Assembly: GCF_006345805.1 (NCBI RefSeq) | Contig: NC_043005.1 | Coordinates: forward strand, 7,068,001-7,132,000 | DNA length: 64,000 nucleotides | Source: Octopus sinensis | Lineage: Eukaryota | Direction of reading: 5' to 3' | Shown here: positions 24,208 to 37,599 of the stretch, piece by piece | Layout of the letters: each line of letters starts with the position of its first letter | Numbering within the stretch: position 1 is the first letter of the stretch | Made by a program: the position numbers and the translations under genes | Notes under the pieces: model-generated | Database searches by the model: none | Seen by the model: the letters and a program-made list of their open reading frames with translations, nothing else | What the model was told of the DNA's origin: nothing

Positions 24208-24436
24208 TTAACCCTTTCGTTACCAACCCGGCTGAAACCAGCTCTGGCTCTTTAGTACAAATGTCTGGTTTTCAAAAGTTCTGAATTAAAACCTTCCACC
24301 AAACCTTAGTCTCAATTTATGTCTCTAACTCTAGCTTAATGATAACGATGTTATTTTACTTAATTCTTTGTTATATTTAAAATAATTGGAAGAAACACTG
24401 AGCATCTCAAAATAAATTCAGTAACGAAAGGGTTAA
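24208..24436. mobile_element. piggyBac-type MITE, 221 bp
   Basis: TTAA-CCCTTTCGTTAC ... GTAACGAAAGGG-TTAA: perfect 12-bp TIRs and TTAA TSD; element 24212-24432. Confidence 0.92.
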
Positions 24437-25742
24437 GTCTGCCAGACCATATCTATCTTAGAGCTACAAGGCCACAACACAAGTCTTCATTTTTGAGACA
24501 AGGATCTCACACCCTGTATTTTCAACTACCTATAGTTACACTATTCCAACTTTTAAAAAAGAAAAAAAAACTCTCTAGATTTCACTCTTATGTAGCCAAC
24601 ATAGAACAAGCTCTCTAGCTGAACATCTCATTTCCTAATTCCTTTAAGTTCATTTGCTAATTTTACTACTCACTGCATTTATCCAGCATTCAGCAGCTGT
24701 TTTACCATTTCTCATTTGGTAATAAGGACAACCATCACATTTCTATATTTACTAAAATCATCATGTCTAATGACTTCAATATAAAAAAGAAAAGCAAAAA
24801 ATTTCACTCCACCCATTCAGATGCATTTGGTGCAGAAGCTAAAAATATACCATTCTGATTATTTTACATTAATTAATTTCCACTCCTGTTTGTGCCCTTG
24901 ACCAACTCTGCAAACACTCACAGCTGTTTCTTCACTTTCAAACCCAGTCAGAATTCAAGACACCATCAAAATGCATTCACTAATCCAACTGATCAATCAG
25001 TCATTTGTTGACATATTAATTACATCCCTCCACATTTCACAACTGGCAGCAAATGTGTTTCAACCCCAATCTGTCAGAGACAGCTAAATGAATGACAAAG
25101 ACTCTTCTCTGAGATATGCTTCTGTAAATCTTCCACATCACCAAAGATGATTTCCTGCCTTTGGAGAGAATAGAGCATACTATAAAATATGAAAAGAAAA
25201 TATCCTAAGACTTCTGGAAGAAATAACTCTTTACAGTAGTAGCAAGAGATTATTCAATAACTCTACAAGATGGCCATCAATAAATTGTCTACAGTTTTTC
25301 ACTCTAAATCAGACCACATATTTTAGTTCCAAAGTATTTCATCTAACTTTGCTAATCGGTCCATTTTGCTTCCAATGTACCTTCCATTTATTCAATAAAA
25401 TCCCCTTTGAACCTTTCTCAACTCTTATCACTAGCTCAGAGCCATAAAGTATATCAGTTTCTACAGTCCCTAGGTACAATATAGTGACTAGTGCTACAAG
25501 AAGTACTAGTACTTATGAAGAACATGCATGTATATTCATTTCTGATAACTGCATGATCAACTAGAAGTATTTATTTTTTATAGAAAAGAGCTAGATTTTA
25601 TTGTTTAGTCAGAAGTTAAGCTAAGCATTTCTTAGACTAACAAAGAAAAGCATAATGAGTTGCATTTAAAGTATAATTCAAAACTAAATCGACAAAAGTC
25701 ATAAAAGATTGCTTTTTGAAATATTATCAAGTGCAGCAACTG

Positions 25743-25765
25743 TAATAATAATAATAATAATAATG

Positions 25766-25838
<73 letters not shown>

Positions 25839-25858
25839 TAAAAATAATAATAATAATG

Positions 25859-25901
<43 letters not shown>
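25743..25901. repeat. (TAA)n microsatellite, adjacent to the 3' end of a minus-strand family-E SINE
   Basis: Visible directly; it produces the poly-Ile/Leu ORFs at 25632-25944. Confidence 0.95.
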
Positions 25902-25902
<1 letters not shown>

Positions 25903-26232
25903 CCGGGACCCCCTTCGGTCACGACACTGACCATGGGATTGCACCTAGAAAGTTACCCTCCCGGGCACAAGTCTGGGCATGGTTGTTTATGGAAGACCAG
26001 CAGTCGCCCATGCATACCGGCCTCTCCTCTCCACGCCACCGATGTTATCCAAGGGAAAGGCAAAGGGGCCGATACAGCTTGGCACTCGTGACGTCGCAAC
26101 TCATTTCTACAGCTGAGTGAACTGGAGCAACGTGAAATAAAGTGTCTTGCTCAAGAACACAACATGCAGCCCGGTCCGGGATTCGAGCTCACAACCTCAC
26201 GATCATAAGCTCGACGCTCTAACCACTGCGCC
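25903..26232 (-). mobile_element. tRNA-derived SINE family E
   Basis: Reverse complement of the 4126-4466 family with intact A and B boxes. Confidence 0.9.
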
Positions 26233-26849
26233 AAATGATAATAATAATAAAAACCCAAACCCAGCATGATAGCAATACGCATACATTTGGTGACAGAGCT
26301 GTGGAATGATTGGCTACAGAATGAGGATAAAATCAGGGAAAAACATGAGTAATATAAGAAATGTTAGTTAACTTGAATTTTTAAAATGTAGATATCATTA
26401 AATGCATTATTCTATATTCTGATTTAAAATCCCACTGGATCAATTTTGCTTTTGATCATTAGGAGATTGATAAAATAAGTATCCATAATATATTGATTCC
26501 ATTGACTATATATGTTCATCCCCCAGAAAGAGGTTTTGAGCTTATGACAAATCTTCTGAAATGTGATAAAAAAAAAAGTGTTTTACTAATAGAAAACATT
26601 TACAAATGTTTTCATATCAGAAATGATAATATTTAATGAAATTTGCTTGCAGTATAATAGTAAATTAAATACTCTGGAGCCAAGATTATGATGTAAAAAT
26701 GCATAGTATAATTAATCTGTTTTTGACTGTAATACATCTATTTTTATTTCATCAAGGGGGTCTAATTCAAAAAAAAAAAAAAAGAAAAAAAAGGTAGAAA
26801 AAACAGTGACAAAGGAATCTGATAAGTGAATTATCTCCACACACTTTTT

Positions 26850-27960
26850 AAATGGAACCTCAGCACCAAACTGGTGGCCCACAGCAGTGAAGCTTCTACT
26901 GTCACATAGCATTTTGATCATCTCTACCTTTTCCAGTCGAGGGTATACTCATCTGCATCATTTGTCAAGATCATAAAAGACCAGCAAGAGAGGTTTATGT
27001 TGTTTTCTGCATTTTTCCTGCAGTTGTCTTTTAGAGGATATCTTATTAATTGTTCTAGAGGCTTGAAACCCACACTGAAATCGTCACAACAGTTTCTTCA
27101 TGACAACCAGCAAATAGTTGAGCAGTATTCTCATAAAGATTTTCCTTAGAATAGAGAGGAAGGATATGTCATGGCAGTTCCTACAAATACTGCTATCTGT
27201 TTTCTTAAAGATTATTCTGCTAAGAGAATTCTTTAGATATGCAGGTAGTATTTGGGTGAAATAGGAAGAGGTGAAATAGCTTTGTTCTTAAAAAGCTGGC
27301 CACCGTTTTGGATGAGTCCCAGAAGGATGTTATCAGAACCAAGTGATTTTATTAGTTGTATCTTTTTCATGGCAACTCTGAATAAATGAAAAGATAAAGG
27401 GTTCAATATCCATGGTTGAGGTGGAAGGGGAGGCACTAATCTAAGAAAAATCTTCAGCTGTAGTGGAGGTCCAATTAAATAGAGTGCTGAAGTATTCCTT
27501 CCAGCAGTTCAATATGTTTTGACTGTCAGTAAGAATGTTGGCAGTTTTCAAAGCACTTGTTGAAGCCTGGGTTAGGTCATACAGTTCTTTGGTACAGGCA
27601 TAGAAATTTTCAAGGTTCCTGGTATCTGCATACAAATGAAGTTTTCTATCCAGCAGTTGCTTTGAATCTCTCTGATTCAACCATGACATAGCCAATTGAG
27701 ATCTTAGAAGTGTTTATTTATTTTTTTTAGGGTGAGTCTTGATTAAGCAAGAGGCAAACAACACTTTTAGCATTGATGAATTTTGGGATACCTCTGTTGT
27801 TTTCATCAAACCAATCCTGGCTCATCCTTTTCATGAAACCAATAGTGTTCTCAACTGCTTCTTGGATGATGTTTCAAACTTTGTCTACTCTTTATCACTG
27901 TCCTTGGAGTGGTTGTGTGCTGGCTAGTCTTTGATATATTCTCAGAGTTCTGATGTCCAA
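26850..27960 (-). mobile_element. decayed RTE (BovB-like) LINE fragment
   Basis: ILTDSQNILNCWKEYFSTLFN, KSLGSDNILLGLIQNGG and EKCRKQHKPLLLVFYDL correspond to the RTE motifs ILxRWAEHF, KAPGxDxIP and EKCREQxxPLYxAFIDL. Confidence 0.75.
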
Positions 27961-30282
27961 TGGCTGTGTAGATAGTACCTTTCACTGAGTGATGTGCAAT
28001 ATATGGCCTCTCCTCAGATACTGTTGCTCACACTCCTAAGCAATCAGTCATGTTTAGGGAAAGACCTAAACATCTGATTTAGTAGCAAAATTGTCCCAGC
28101 TAAAAGTTTCACAAAGAAAGGTTGTTCTTACTGATCTGGGCAGATCTTGAGGGACATACCTTGAACAAAAAAAATAGCCAAAGGACCATCACCATCATCA
28201 GAACAAGCAGATGACAATATACGATCCTAAAAGCTAAACTACTGGAAGACAGACTGGTTAAGAGGGTGCAGTTCAAGCTATACCTGGGCTGCAGTTTTGT
28301 TGCCAGATACCATGAGTCACATTCATGCACACACGCACGCACGCACACACATTCTCTATTTATATTTTTAATTCCTAAAAAAAGTGTTAAAATATTGTTA
28401 AAATAATCTTTGCAAAAAAAAAATTAATTAAGAAAGGAATAAGCTGCAAAGTTACACTTTATAAAAACTATACAGCAAAACTTTTTAATATGGGTGAACA
28501 AAACAAACTTATTAGTTAGAAATGAATAAAATAGTGAAATTTTTTAATCATGTTAAATAGTTGATTGATTTAATTTCCCAGATGTATACTTAAATTTCAT
28601 TTATATAGAATGAACTACACCAAAAGCTATTTCTAATACAAAATTTAAAAAAAAAAATTAATTACTAATTCAGTATCATTTGATTCAAAAATTTTAGATA
28701 TTCACAGCAATTCACCAATTCTAGAATATTTGCTTAATAGAGAATACTTCCATTATTGATATAAGAAACATTCATTGAAATTTTGAAACAATGATTAAGA
28801 TATTTCTCAAGAGCTCTTTATTCCGAAAAAATATATATATATATAACTTTATTTTTATTCACTGAAGTAAAAAACAATCTAATTTATCAAAAATTTCTAT
28901 ATTCAGTGTCATCATACTAAATTCTTTTAAACTACTTTGATTAAAAAATAAACTCTTCAGTGTAACTGAAGCGTTTTCTGTTCAAATTTACTTCATGTAT
29001 TCCACTATATTGCCTAATATTATGTGTGGTTGTATCTGCGTAAAGGGCAAAATACCCAATCTATACTTTGTTTGAAATATTATTTTCTTGTCTGTAAAAT
29101 GTGTGTGTGTGTATGTATCTTTTTATAACAAATATATTTACACAGAGCATACAAAATACAGAATACTAAGAAGAGAATACATAGTTCAACCCAACAGTGG
29201 TTTTATGAAGCTCTGGATTAACTAATAATTATAATGTTCATAATTAGCAGATGGTATGCAACCAGTAAATAAATCACATAAAGATATTATTATATGTCTG
29301 GCTTCCGTCATCAGAAGGAAAATTGGCAAACACAAAAAAACACACACATAGATATATATACCTTCACATATACAACATACATACATACGTATGTATGTAT
29401 GTATGTATGCATGCATGCATGTATGGATATGGGCATGAATTGGTATTCTTTTATTAAAACTGTAAGATGTATGCAACTTATAAGTGCAGTATACATAACC
29501 AAACCAAACATGTCCTCAGGCAGAGATGAAATGCAAGTCACAAACACAGAGTCATCGTGTATAAATAACTAATAGATATAAGGCCAGAAGGAACAAGGAA
29601 CAGGGGCAGGTGAGAAGGGATTTACGCCTACAAAATCACAAGTGTATAATGATATAGATAACAATGTGGAGTCAGTTACCAAAAGGAAGGCGGAGACAAA
29701 GGTCAAGAAGAAAGCCAGATATGCAAATAGACATAGTATCTAGATAGGCAGGCAGAAATGGAATTGTGGAAGGGGTTATAAATTGCCATACTACAAAGAT
29801 TTTGTTGCCACACATTGTAATAGATATATCCACATACACACATACAAAAGTGTACAGGTACACACATACACCTCTGTCTCTATACATATAGACACACATC
29901 CTCATATGTACATGAACACACACACATAAATATATGTACACACACACACAAGTGCATACACCTAAACATATACATATGTAATCACATAATGCACATATGT
30001 CTTCAAGCACACAGGCAAACACACACATTGTAGCTAATATTTGTAAACAAGTCTGCAAATCCATACAAACATACACACAGGTGTCAGGTGTGCATGCAAA
30101 AACAGACACAGTAGCCTGGTGTAGTCTTCTAGCTGGCTGGCTCCTGTCAAACTGTCCAACCTATGCCAGCATGGAAGACAGACGTTAAATGACAATGAGG
30201 ATGATATACACATATATGTCCATATTTATACATATATATACATATATTTATTCATGTGTGTATGTATGTACTTATATGTGTG

Positions 30283-30328
<46 letters not shown>

Positions 30329-30461
30329 CTCACTATACATAAATTTATACTAACTATATGTATATGTATACTAACTATATGTATACTCACTATACATAAA
30401 TTTATACTAACTATACATATATTTATTCATGTGTGCATGTATGTACTTATATGTGTGTCTG

Positions 30462-30496
<35 letters not shown>

Positions 30497-31096
30497 GTAT
30501 ATATATATGTACATTCAGATGTATATACATATAAATGAAAAATAATAATAGTATAATAATAATAATATGAAATATCAATACTTTACCTACACACAAACTG
30601 CCAAGGGCCTACACCACAACAGATGGTACTAACATCATTAGTGATAATGATTATCATAATGATATGATTACTTATGATAATTTTGTTTTACTTTATTACT
30701 AATACTGTTGTCGGTAGAATGTGCATTGTTACTGTTGTTGGTACATTCTTTGGTGGCAAATGCACACGACGGTTCGTATACTGGTTGAGGTTATTCCCAT
30801 TACTGTATTACTAATTTTGTTTATATATATGTGTGTGTGTATGAAGTGGGTATGTAAATATATATATATATATATATATACCCACTTCATATTGTGAGGA
30901 TGTGAAGTGAGTGTATGCATATGTGTGTTTATGTGTGTGAATATATATATTTTGGGGAATGAAGTGAATGTATGTATATACATGTGTATGTGTGTGTGTA
31001 TATATATATATATACTGAGTCTGTACAAGTGCATAACTATGTGCATGTTTTGAGTATATTTTCATATGAATTTATATAAGCAGTAAATGTATGTCA

Positions 31097-31131
<35 letters not shown>

Positions 31132-31721
31132 GAAGCTTTATGAATACAAGCAGGTGACAAACGCATTGTATTAGTATGTGTGATATATATAACATACTCT
31201 TATAGAGAGAAGTAAATTGCATATGAATACATGGCGATTGCAATATGGCAATCAACATGATATATATATATATATATATATTGATATTATATTATATAAT
31301 ATATTTATATACATGCATTTATATGTGTATGTGTAAATATTTCCTAAGTATTTCATTACTATGAGTAATATTGCTATGATGATGATTATCACTATTGTTA
31401 GTACCATGTATGGTTGAATAGACCACACCAATAAGTGTATGGATGAATTAGTAACATGTTATATCACTTTTATTACTATTATTATTTTCTGTTTATATGT
31501 CAATGCATATGTAATAAAGCAATACCAAGTTCCTGCCTGCATTCTTTCTCTCTTCATTGATGAACACTTTATATTACATTATAGCCCTTGTCAGACCTTG
31601 TAGTAAGCAATGGATTCAAGTAGCAGTGGGAGTTTAATGAGCTTACTAATAAGGGATGCAACATGAATGGTAAATTTGCTGCACAGTCATCCATTACTAC
31701 CTCGTGTCTATGTGTATATGC

Positions 31722-32101
31722 TCTCTTTTACTCTTTTACTTGTTTCAGTCATTTGACTGCGGCCATGCTGGAGCACCGCCTTTAGTCGAGCAAATCGACC
31801 CCGGGACTTATTCTTTGTAAGCCTAGTACTTATTCTATCGGTCTCTTTTGCCAAACCGCTAAGTGACGGAGCATCGGTTGTCAAGCAATGCTAGGGGGAC
31901 AAACACACACATGCATATATATATATATATACATATATACGGCGGGCTTCTTTCAGTTTCCGTCTACCAAATCCACTCACAAGGCATTGGTCGGCCCGGG
32001 GCTATAGCAGAAGACACTTGCCCAAGGTGCCACGCAGGGGGACTGAACCCGGAACCATGTGGTTGGTTAGCAAGCTACTTACCACACAGCCAATCCTGCG
32101 C
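31722..32101 (-). mobile_element. SINE family A
   Basis: Reverse-complement copy with head, hinge, body and tail. Confidence 0.92.
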
Positions 32102-32229
32102 TTATACATATTATTTATATTATTATTTAATTGAATGCTACACAACCATTTCCAAGTAAGTTTGTCTTAACCCTATTCATGTGACTCTGTACTGTTTTCT
32201 CCCTTGTCCTTCTCTAATTCCCCTTTTCT

Positions 32230-32720
32230 CCCCTTACCATTTTCTATCTGTCTCTCTCACTCTCTCTCCCCCTATTTCTCCTTTTCTCTCTCATTGATCA
32301 CATGTGACCATTGTCCATCTTTCTTTTCCTCCAGGACGTCCTAAGGACTGGATATCTTCAATCTCTTTCTCTCTTCTAACTTTTCTCTTTTTAAAGAAAA
32401 TACTTCTCCAGCATTTCCTACTTTACCCCCATGTTCTGGTCTAACAGCCCTCCATATTTGTTTCCGTTCAGTTTCCTTGTATGTCCCCACTGTATATTTT
32501 GGTTCCCAACTTTGATTTCCATAAAACCAAAATTTTATTTTGGTATTTATGAGAGCAACTGTCTTCGAAGACTCATACCGTTGTTCAATAGACAGCCAAC
32601 AACTGATGAAGGCTCATTCTTAATGTTCTTTGTCCTGTTTTCCATTTTCTTGTCTCATTCTTTGCATATTTAATTCATTTGTTTTCATATTTCATGTTTA
32701 CTGATGGTAACGTCCTGTAC
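32230..32720 (+). repeat. unclassified interspersed repeat family D, copy 1
   Basis: Shares blocks with the reverse complement of 35850-36340: tgatcacatgtgacc, gagagcaac..tcttcgaagac and aactgatgaagg...tgttttccattt. Superfamily uncertain, possibly a Penelope-derived terminal repeat. Confidence 0.6.
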
Positions 32721-32952
32721 CCATATATACATATAAATATATATGTTATTTATATTATTATTTAACTGAACGCCAGGCATCCATTTCCAAGTATATGTAT
32801 ATATATATTATATATATATATATATATATACACACACATATGTATATGTATATATACATATGTATGCATACAGATATATATAAACACATATATATATGCA
32901 TATATATATATATACATACACATAGACTATATATATATATATACATAAATAA

Positions 32953-33001
<49 letters not shown>

Positions 33002-33123
33002 TATGTATATGTATATATACATATGTATGCATACAGATATATATAAACACATATATATATATGCATATATATATATATATATATATACATACACATAGAC
33101 TATATATATATATACATAAATAA

Positions 33124-33157
<34 letters not shown>

Positions 33158-33365
33158 TTCAGAATGTAACTACAAGTGGATTGTTGTCGATTATTTTCCT
33201 CCATCTTACTTTTGTCTCCTGTTTCTGAAGAAGAGCTTTGCTCAAAACATAAAAGTGCCTTTCTTTTCTTCGCTGAGTGTCTGTTGATATATGTTGCATG
33301 TACCACATCTTCGTGTTGTTTTTTTCTTGTTATGTTTGTTCTTCATAGTTTTTTATTAACCATAT
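33158..33365 (+). mobile_element. probable Penelope-like terminal repeat fragment with decayed hammerhead motif
   Basis: Lies between (TA)n tracts and contains ttt-CTGAAGA-a-GAGC-ttt-GCTC-aAAAC-aT-A-aaa at 33222-33254. Confidence 0.55.
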
Positions 33366-33417
33366 ATAAAATATACATATGTATGTATTTTTATATATAT
33401 ATATGCATGTATATATA

Positions 33418-33459
<42 letters not shown>

Positions 33460-33461
33460 CA

Positions 33462-33856
33462 GTACCGCATCGACTGGCCTCCGTGCTGGTGGCACGTAAC
33501 AAACACCATCCAATCGTGGCCGTGCCAGCCTTGCCTGGCCTCCGTGCTGGTGGCACGTAAAAAACACCATCCGAGCGTGGCCGTTCGCCAGCCTCGTCTG
33601 GCACCTGTGTCCGTGGCACATAAAAAAAAACACCATCTGAGCGTGGCTGTTCACCAGCCTCATCTAGCGCCTGTGTCGATGGCACATAAAAAGCACCCAC
33701 TACACTCACGGAGTGGTTGGCGTTAGGAAGGGAATCCAGCTGTAGAAACACTGCCAGATCTGACTGGCCTGGTGCAGCCTTCGGGCTTCCCAGACCCCAG
33801 TTGAACCGTCCAACCCATGCTAGCATGGAAAGCGGACGTTAAACGATGATGATGAT
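33462..33856 (+). mobile_element. SINE family B with internal tandem units of about 60 bp
   Basis: About four units of caccatccgagcgtggccg...gccagcc...ctggcac...ggtggcacgtaaaaa, followed by the common 3' end and (GAT)n. Confidence 0.9.
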
Positions 33857-33937
33857 GTATTTACGTATATATATATATATATGTATGTATGTGTATATAT
33901 ATAATATATATGTGTGTGTGTATGTGTGTATTTATGA

Positions 33938-34720
33938 CTTAGTAAAGTCATGGAATGAATCATCAGAAAGACGTTGACAATGTTCCCAGAAGAAAATGAC
34001 CGACTGAACAATACACAGCATGGCTTCCGTACAGGAACAAACTGTCTTACACAACTCTTACAACATTATAACTGGATTTTGAAACAGCTGCTTGCCCATT
34101 CAGATGTCAGCGTGATATACCTAGACTTTGCAAAGGCATTTGATGAGGTAGGTCACAGTATGATATGCCATAAACTGCAAGATCTTGGCATTGCTGGCAA
34201 ACTGGGAGAATGGCTGCATGACTTCCTTGAAGACAGAAGTCAGGTAGTTGCAGCCCTTTTTGATGAAACTCAAATCTTCAGTGGCATCCACGAAGAAAAC
34301 TGTTCTCAGGCCATTACTGTTTATAACAGCCCTCTTAGACACGCCCACAGTCACTGGGAAAGCCATTGTCACTAGCTATGCTGATGATACAAAATAATCA
34401 CAGGAAATAAAAATACCAAGATGATGTTGCAAGCCTACAGTGGGACTTGAATTTGACATACAAGTGGACCAAGATTTCAAGCACTGCACTATCAAGTACT
34501 GCATATACAGGACCCAAAGGCACTACAATCCCAGAGTTACAGCAGTGAAAGACTAGCTATACTAATACTCCAACTGGACGGCACTGCATCATAACAAAGA
34601 CCCTGTTGTCTCCAATAGTCTGTTCAACATCCTTCCAGGCAACCCATGGCATCTACATGATGTTTATGTGGAAGATTTCAAGGAACTATAGGTGGTGCAC
34701 CAGCATGACCTCAGCCCTGG
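33938..34720 (+). mobile_element. CR1/L2-like LINE reverse-transcriptase fragment
   Basis: QHGFRTGTNCLTQLL, VIYLDFAKAFDEV, SYADDTK and LFNILP. Internally deleted and frameshifted. Confidence 0.88.
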
Positions 34721-34750
34721 GCTGAAACCAGTAAAGGATATATATATATA

Positions 34751-34845
34751 TATAGAAGGAGATTCTACAGGACTAGAACTGTTTCATTCAGATTAAATCT
34801 TCATCTGAATGAAACAGTTCTAGTCCTGTAGAAGCTCCTTCTATA
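34751..34845. repeat. fold-back palindrome, 43-bp arms (1 mismatch), 9-nt loop
   Basis: 34751-34793 is the reverse complement of 34803-34845 except for one A/C; it starts in (TA)n. Confidence 0.95.
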
Positions 34846-34921
34846 AAATAAATTACTTTACTCTGCTATGTATTGAGTACTTTATTTACTGTGGTTAACC
34901 CCGACTCAACCCGGGCTCTAC

Positions 34922-34952
<31 letters not shown>

Positions 34953-34984
34953 TATACATATACACACCACACACACACACACAC

Positions 34985-35017
<33 letters not shown>

Positions 35018-35032
35018 TATACATATACACAC

Positions 35033-35066
<34 letters not shown>

Positions 35067-35095
35067 CACACATATACATATATACATATATATAT

Positions 35096-35360
35096 AAAAT
35101 GCACCATCCGTGGCACATAAAAAGCACCATCCGTTCGTGGCCGTTTGCCAGCTCTGTCTGGCACCAGTGCGGGTGGCACGTAAAAAGCACCCACTACACT
35201 CACGGAGTGGTTGGCGTTAGGAAGGGCATCCAGCCGTAGAAACACTGCCAGATTTGACTGGGCCTGATGAAGCCTTCTGGCTTCACAGACCCCAGTTGAA
35301 CTGTCCAACCCATGCCAGCATGGAAAACGGACGCTAAACGATGATGATGATGATGATGAT
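35096..35360 (+). mobile_element. SINE family B (1-2 internal units)
   Basis: Same units and 3' end as 33462-33856. Confidence 0.9.
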
Positions 35361-35764
35361 ATATACATATATATATATATGCACATATATATACATACAT
35401 ACATATATATGCACATATATATATACATACATACATATATATGCACATATATATACATACATACATATATATGCACATATATATACATACATACATATAT
35501 ATATACATACATACAGATATATATACATACATATATATATACAAATAGATATACATATATACATATAGATATACATATATACATATAGATATATATATAT
35601 ACATATACACATATATATACATATACATACATATACATATATATATATATATATATATACATATACATACATATACATACATATATATATTCATATATAT
35701 ACATATATATATAAACACATATATATAAACACATATACATGTACATACACATATACATATTTAT

Positions 35765-35825
<61 letters not shown>

Positions 35826-35849
35826 CATATATGTACATCCTTACATATG

Positions 35850-36340
35850 GATAGAGGAGATCAGAAAACTTAAACATGAAACACGAAAACATGGAACACA
35901 AACTTTTTTAGTGAACAACGAAAGAAAGAAATGGAAAACAAGAGAAGTAACATAAAGAACAACCCTTCATCAGTTTTCAGCTGTTAACTACTCCACATTT
36001 TGAGATAGGATAAGATGTGTCTTCGGGAAAACCGTTGCTCCCACAAAGCAAAATATTTTTGGGATTTGCAGAGGGTCAAAATTGGTAACAAAAACAGGAC
36101 AGTGAAAACAAACAGTAAGGGCTGCTAAGCCATAATGAGGTGAGGTGGCGAACACTGAAGGAACATGCTTTGACAGGAGAAAAGAGAGGAGAGGAGATAG
36201 ACAAGAATGCATCTTATTTGTGTGGCAGATGAAAAGGACAGAAAGAAGCTCAAGTTAGGAAAAGAAAGATGGCTGATGGTCACGTGTGAGCAACAAGAGA
36301 GTAAAGAGAGAGTAAGGGAGGAAGAGAGAGGAATCTAGAT
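35850..36340 (-). repeat. repeat family D, copy 2 (inverted relative to copy 1)
   Basis: See 32230-32720. Confidence 0.6.
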
Positions 36341-36927
36341 AATAATATTCTTGCTCCAGCATGGCCGCAGTCAAATGACTGAAACAAGTAAGAGTAAAGA
36401 GTAAGGCCACAAATTACACACATGCAGCGTCTTTCAGAGCTTGTTGCTAATTCAGTTCTTAACCAAATGGAAAATCAGTAACCTTTTTGAAGAGGACTGG
36501 TCCCTAGCTACATTTTGGCAAAATTAATTAAGCTTGAATGGTAGAGCTCAATTCGAGGTATTTCATGGTATCAATCTCATGCAATGAAGTTTTAAAAGAA
36601 AAAAGTTATGATTGGTTGTTTCTCAAATTTGAGGGTGATAATATAGTTCTATACTTAGTATGAATATAGTTCTAGGGGACTTTTGATATATGTCCCTGGC
36701 ATCATTGAGGTAAAGAAAAAATTATCAATGGCACCACTAATTGACACATTACTAATTAGCATAGCCTGGAAAAAACATAGATTACATGGAAAAATGTGAG
36801 CAAGAGAAATAATATTCTTAAGATTATAAATCTGAAAAAGTACAAAACAAGTCATCACTCTTGGAAAAGTTCAGGACAAGTTATTACATCTGGTAAAGTA
36901 CAGAACAAGAAAATTTTTACTAAATAT

Positions 36928-37351
36928 ACTCTTTTACTTGTTTCAGTCATTTGACTGCGACCATGCTGGAGCACCGCCTTTAGTCGAGCAAATCGACCCC
37001 AGGACTTATTCTTTGTAAGCCCAGTACTTATTCTATCGGTCTCTTTTGCCGAACCGCTAAGTGACGGGGACGTAAACACACCAGCATCGGTTGCTAGGGG
37101 GACAAACACAGACATACAAACACACACACACATATATATATACATATAAAAGAACACACACACACACATATATATATATACATATATATGACAGGCTTCT
37201 TTCAGTTTCCGTCTATCAAATCCACTCACAAGGCATTGGTCGGCCTGGGGCTATAGCAGAAGACACTTGCCCAAGATGCCACGCAGTGGGACTGAACCCA
37301 CAACCATGTGGTTGGTAAACAAGCTACTTACCACACAGCCACTCCTGCGCC
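36928..37351 (-). mobile_element. SINE family A
   Basis: Full head-to-tail reverse-complement copy. Confidence 0.92.
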
Positions 37352-37599
37352 TTATAGATAAAAATATAGATAAAATATCTTAATTGCGTTATTTTTTATT
37401 TTTAATAGAAGTAAAAACTAACAACAAATAGAAGTATTGACTTGTAGTAAAATTTTTAGTTTTAATAAAAGCTAATATTTTCTAAATCTAAATATGTTAT
37501 TTGAAATTGTAACCTTAGCTGCAATATTTTAAGTAAAAATTTTCTTCCTCTGTACTTTACCAGATGTATTAACTTGTCCTGAACTTTTCTAAGTGTAAT

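Noticed and set aside
22365-25944. Poly-Leu / poly-Ile ORFs resembling signal or transmembrane peptides
   Set aside because: They are read through (TAA)n/(TTA)n repeats.
32591-32605. CTGATGAAGG in repeat family D as a hammerhead core (also about 35966, minus)
   Set aside because: Neither copy has helix II or a downstream GAAAC.
33480-33700. Repeat-spacer-like array of palindromic units of about 60 bp (CRISPR-like look)
   Set aside because: The units are tandem homologues without unique spacers, inside a eukaryotic SINE, and there are no cas genes.
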